A stretch of DNA of 64,000 nucleotides from Gracilinanus agilis (Eukaryota). The stretch's first letter is position 1; every line of letters starts with the position of its first letter. The DNA lies in assembly GCF_016433145.1 (NCBI RefSeq), contig NC_058132.1, forward strand, positions 333,115,122 through 333,179,121, read 5' to 3'. The notes under the pieces were generated by a model that worked only from the letters and a program-made list of their open reading frames with translations, did not search any database and was not told the origin of the DNA. The translations under genes were made by a program, and so were the position numbers. This document shows positions 61,960 through 64,000 of this stretch, piece by piece.

Positions 61960-62482
61960 TGGTAGGACATCATTTTACACAAACTCAGCACGTGCAAATT
62001 CAGGTGTACATACTTGGCAACTGAAAGAATAAAGGCAGAAAAATATATAAAATAAAAAATTTTAATCATGTGCTAAATCCATGGCGCCATTTTCCCAAGT
62101 GTAAAGTCTTGCAGTAGTCTACCCAGTTATACTCATTCTCACTCTGAGAGGTGCTAGTGTGAGTCATTACATTGCTTTGCAATAAACATTCAGTCCCACA
62201 TCAGACTTTGTTGGAAGTTCTTACATATAACAAGTTGTGTCTGCATCATAACAGTGCTTCTCTTTGTTTCATTAACGCTATTTTGTTATTAATAATGGCC
62301 CCAAAGTAGAAGAAAAGTGACGTTAGGAGCTTTGATAATCCTAAGAAAAGTCACAAAGTGCCTAGATACATTCATACGAAAAGCCTTACTAAAATATTGT
62401 GGTTTATTATCATGTACAATTTTCAACTTATATGAAGGGCCTTGGAACATGTTGGTTGGTTGAGTAAAATGTGGCCCTACTA
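61960..62482 (+). mobile_element. Tigger-derived MITE (~520 bp), copy 2
   Basis: TIRs (t)ggtaggacatcattttac / gtaaaatgtggccctacta followed by TA; MAPK*KKSDVRSFDNPKKSHKV at 62295. Confidence 0.85.
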
Positions 62483-62624
62483 TATGTGAAATGTAATTTT
62501 CTTACCTTTAAGATAGGGATGATGATAAGAATTCTATTACCTATCTCCCAAGGTCATTGTGAGGAAAATACTTTATAAACAACATTATTAATTCATTAAA
62601 AAACAACATATTAAGCACCTACTA

Positions 62625-62880
62625 TGGACAGCTGGGTGATAAAGTAGATAGATCCCTAAGCCTGGAATCAGGAAGACTTGAGTTCAGATTTGGCTTTAGA
62701 CACTTAGCAATTGTGTGACTTTGGGCAAGTCACTTAATTTCTGCCTCTGTTTTCTCATTTGTAAAATGGGCATTATTATAATAGCACCTTCCTTCAAGAG
62801 AGTTGTAGGGATAAAAAGAGTTAATATTTTAAAGGCACTTTTCAAACCTAAAGGCATTATTAGCTCTTATTATTTTTTAT
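62625..62880 (+). mobile_element. MIR-type SINE
   Basis: Head, CORE and tail. Confidence 0.8.
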
Positions 62881-64000
62881 TATTATTACTTCTACTACTA
62901 TTAGAAGCAAATATGGCAGTGAAGTAGGAGTCCTAAGACTTAGGCTGGAATCCTAGCTTAGCTACTCATCAGTCTTGTGACCTTAGGCAGATCAAATACT
63001 CTTCCCAAGCCTCAGTTTCCCTAACTGTAAAATAGCTATAATAATATTAACACCACAAACATGGCAAGGTTGTTGTAAAGAAAGATCTTTGTTAGTGTAA
63101 AAAAATGCAGCATTTGAGTTCTTATATAGCTGCTCTTAATTGCCAGTTAAGGGATAGCTTTAATGGCAACAGGCTCTGGGATCAGTCAGTTATTGTGTCA
63201 CAGAGTTGCCAGAGAAGACACAATCTAGAGAAAGCAAGGGGTCAAGACTTGGCCATCGCAGGAGCAGGACTGGACAGATGTGGCTGCATTTTCTAGCAGC
63301 TGCCATTAGTGAACATTTCCTGCTCCATCTAACCTTGGCACACACTCCACCTGCATCTTCTCCGGAGAGTTCATGTCAGCTCGGCTGGCCACATGAGCCC
63401 TGATGCTGTAGTGGAAGACTCTTCACTAACAGTAACTGCTGGGAAATTGAATTCTCTCCTTGCAGACCTACCCCTACAACTCTTACTTCAAAAAACTATA
63501 TTAGGAAAGTTACAAAGAGATTTCAGAAACAATCTCTCTAGTCACTGGTCTCAAAATTCTCAGGAGATAGACTTGCTGGAGAGAAGAGGGGATGGCTATC
63601 TAGTGGACAAAACATGAAATTAGGAAAAACTTGATTTCAAATCTTGACTGAGACATGAATTGTGAGTCCCTGAACAAAACTCTGACCTCTCTAGCTCCAT
63701 TTCCTGATCTGTAAAATGGGAATACTAATTGTCTGTGTCTCGTAGGGTAAATGTGAGATTCTTCCCTTGAGATAAAGTGCTTTCTGAATGGGAAAGGAAA
63801 GGGCAATTATCATTTGGTGCTAAAGTCATTCAAGCAGCTTATTGGTAGACCACAGAGGGAATGTCAATCTTTTTTATCCTAAGTATTAGTTTTAGGTTAA
63901 TGCTCTTTTAAAGCTGAAAACATGAAGTCATGCTTTTTTTTTTCCTTTTTCCCCAGGAGGGCATGAATTTTAACCTGGGTCACCTCTTGGATATCCTGGA

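Noticed and set aside
1-64000. Endogenous non-retroviral viral element, NUMT or processed pseudogene
   Set aside because: No long degraded ORF, viral or mitochondrial motif, or poly(A)+TSD-flanked mRNA copy was recognisable by eye. A tBLASTx against viral proteins would be needed to exclude very old relics.

Overview
AT-rich, strongly CpG-depleted mammalian DNA. The SINE set (Mar1-type CORE-SINEs with RTE tails, a young SINE1_Mdo-like copy) points to a marsupial, most likely a didelphid opossum; this is inferred from recalled family consensus sequences, not from a database search. No protein-coding gene, RNA gene, CpG island or CRISPR array is supported. The longer ORFs in the track are either L1 ORF2 relics (18383-18781, 23149-23983), a CR1/L3 RT relic (30858-31070), or chance ORFs in low-complexity or repeat sequence. 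The window looks intronic or intergenic and is dense in MIR/Mar1/opossum SINEs, L1, L2, CR1/L3 and RTE fragments, hAT MITEs, Tigger derivatives and one probable solo LTR. It has two N-gaps and one probable assembly duplication. The least explained structures are: (i) a ~130 bp, ~83% identical inverted repeat pair (33630-33762 / 35350-35478), each arm carrying an AP-1 motif and a splice-donor-like end; (ii) an internal L1 ORF2 fragment with no poly(A) but a 16 bp TSD; (iii) a TATA/first-exon-like segment at 47.9-48.0 kb followed by two near-identical acceptor-like motifs. I do not see evidence for a new multi-gene system. Family names are from memory and need RepeatMasker/Dfam confirmation.
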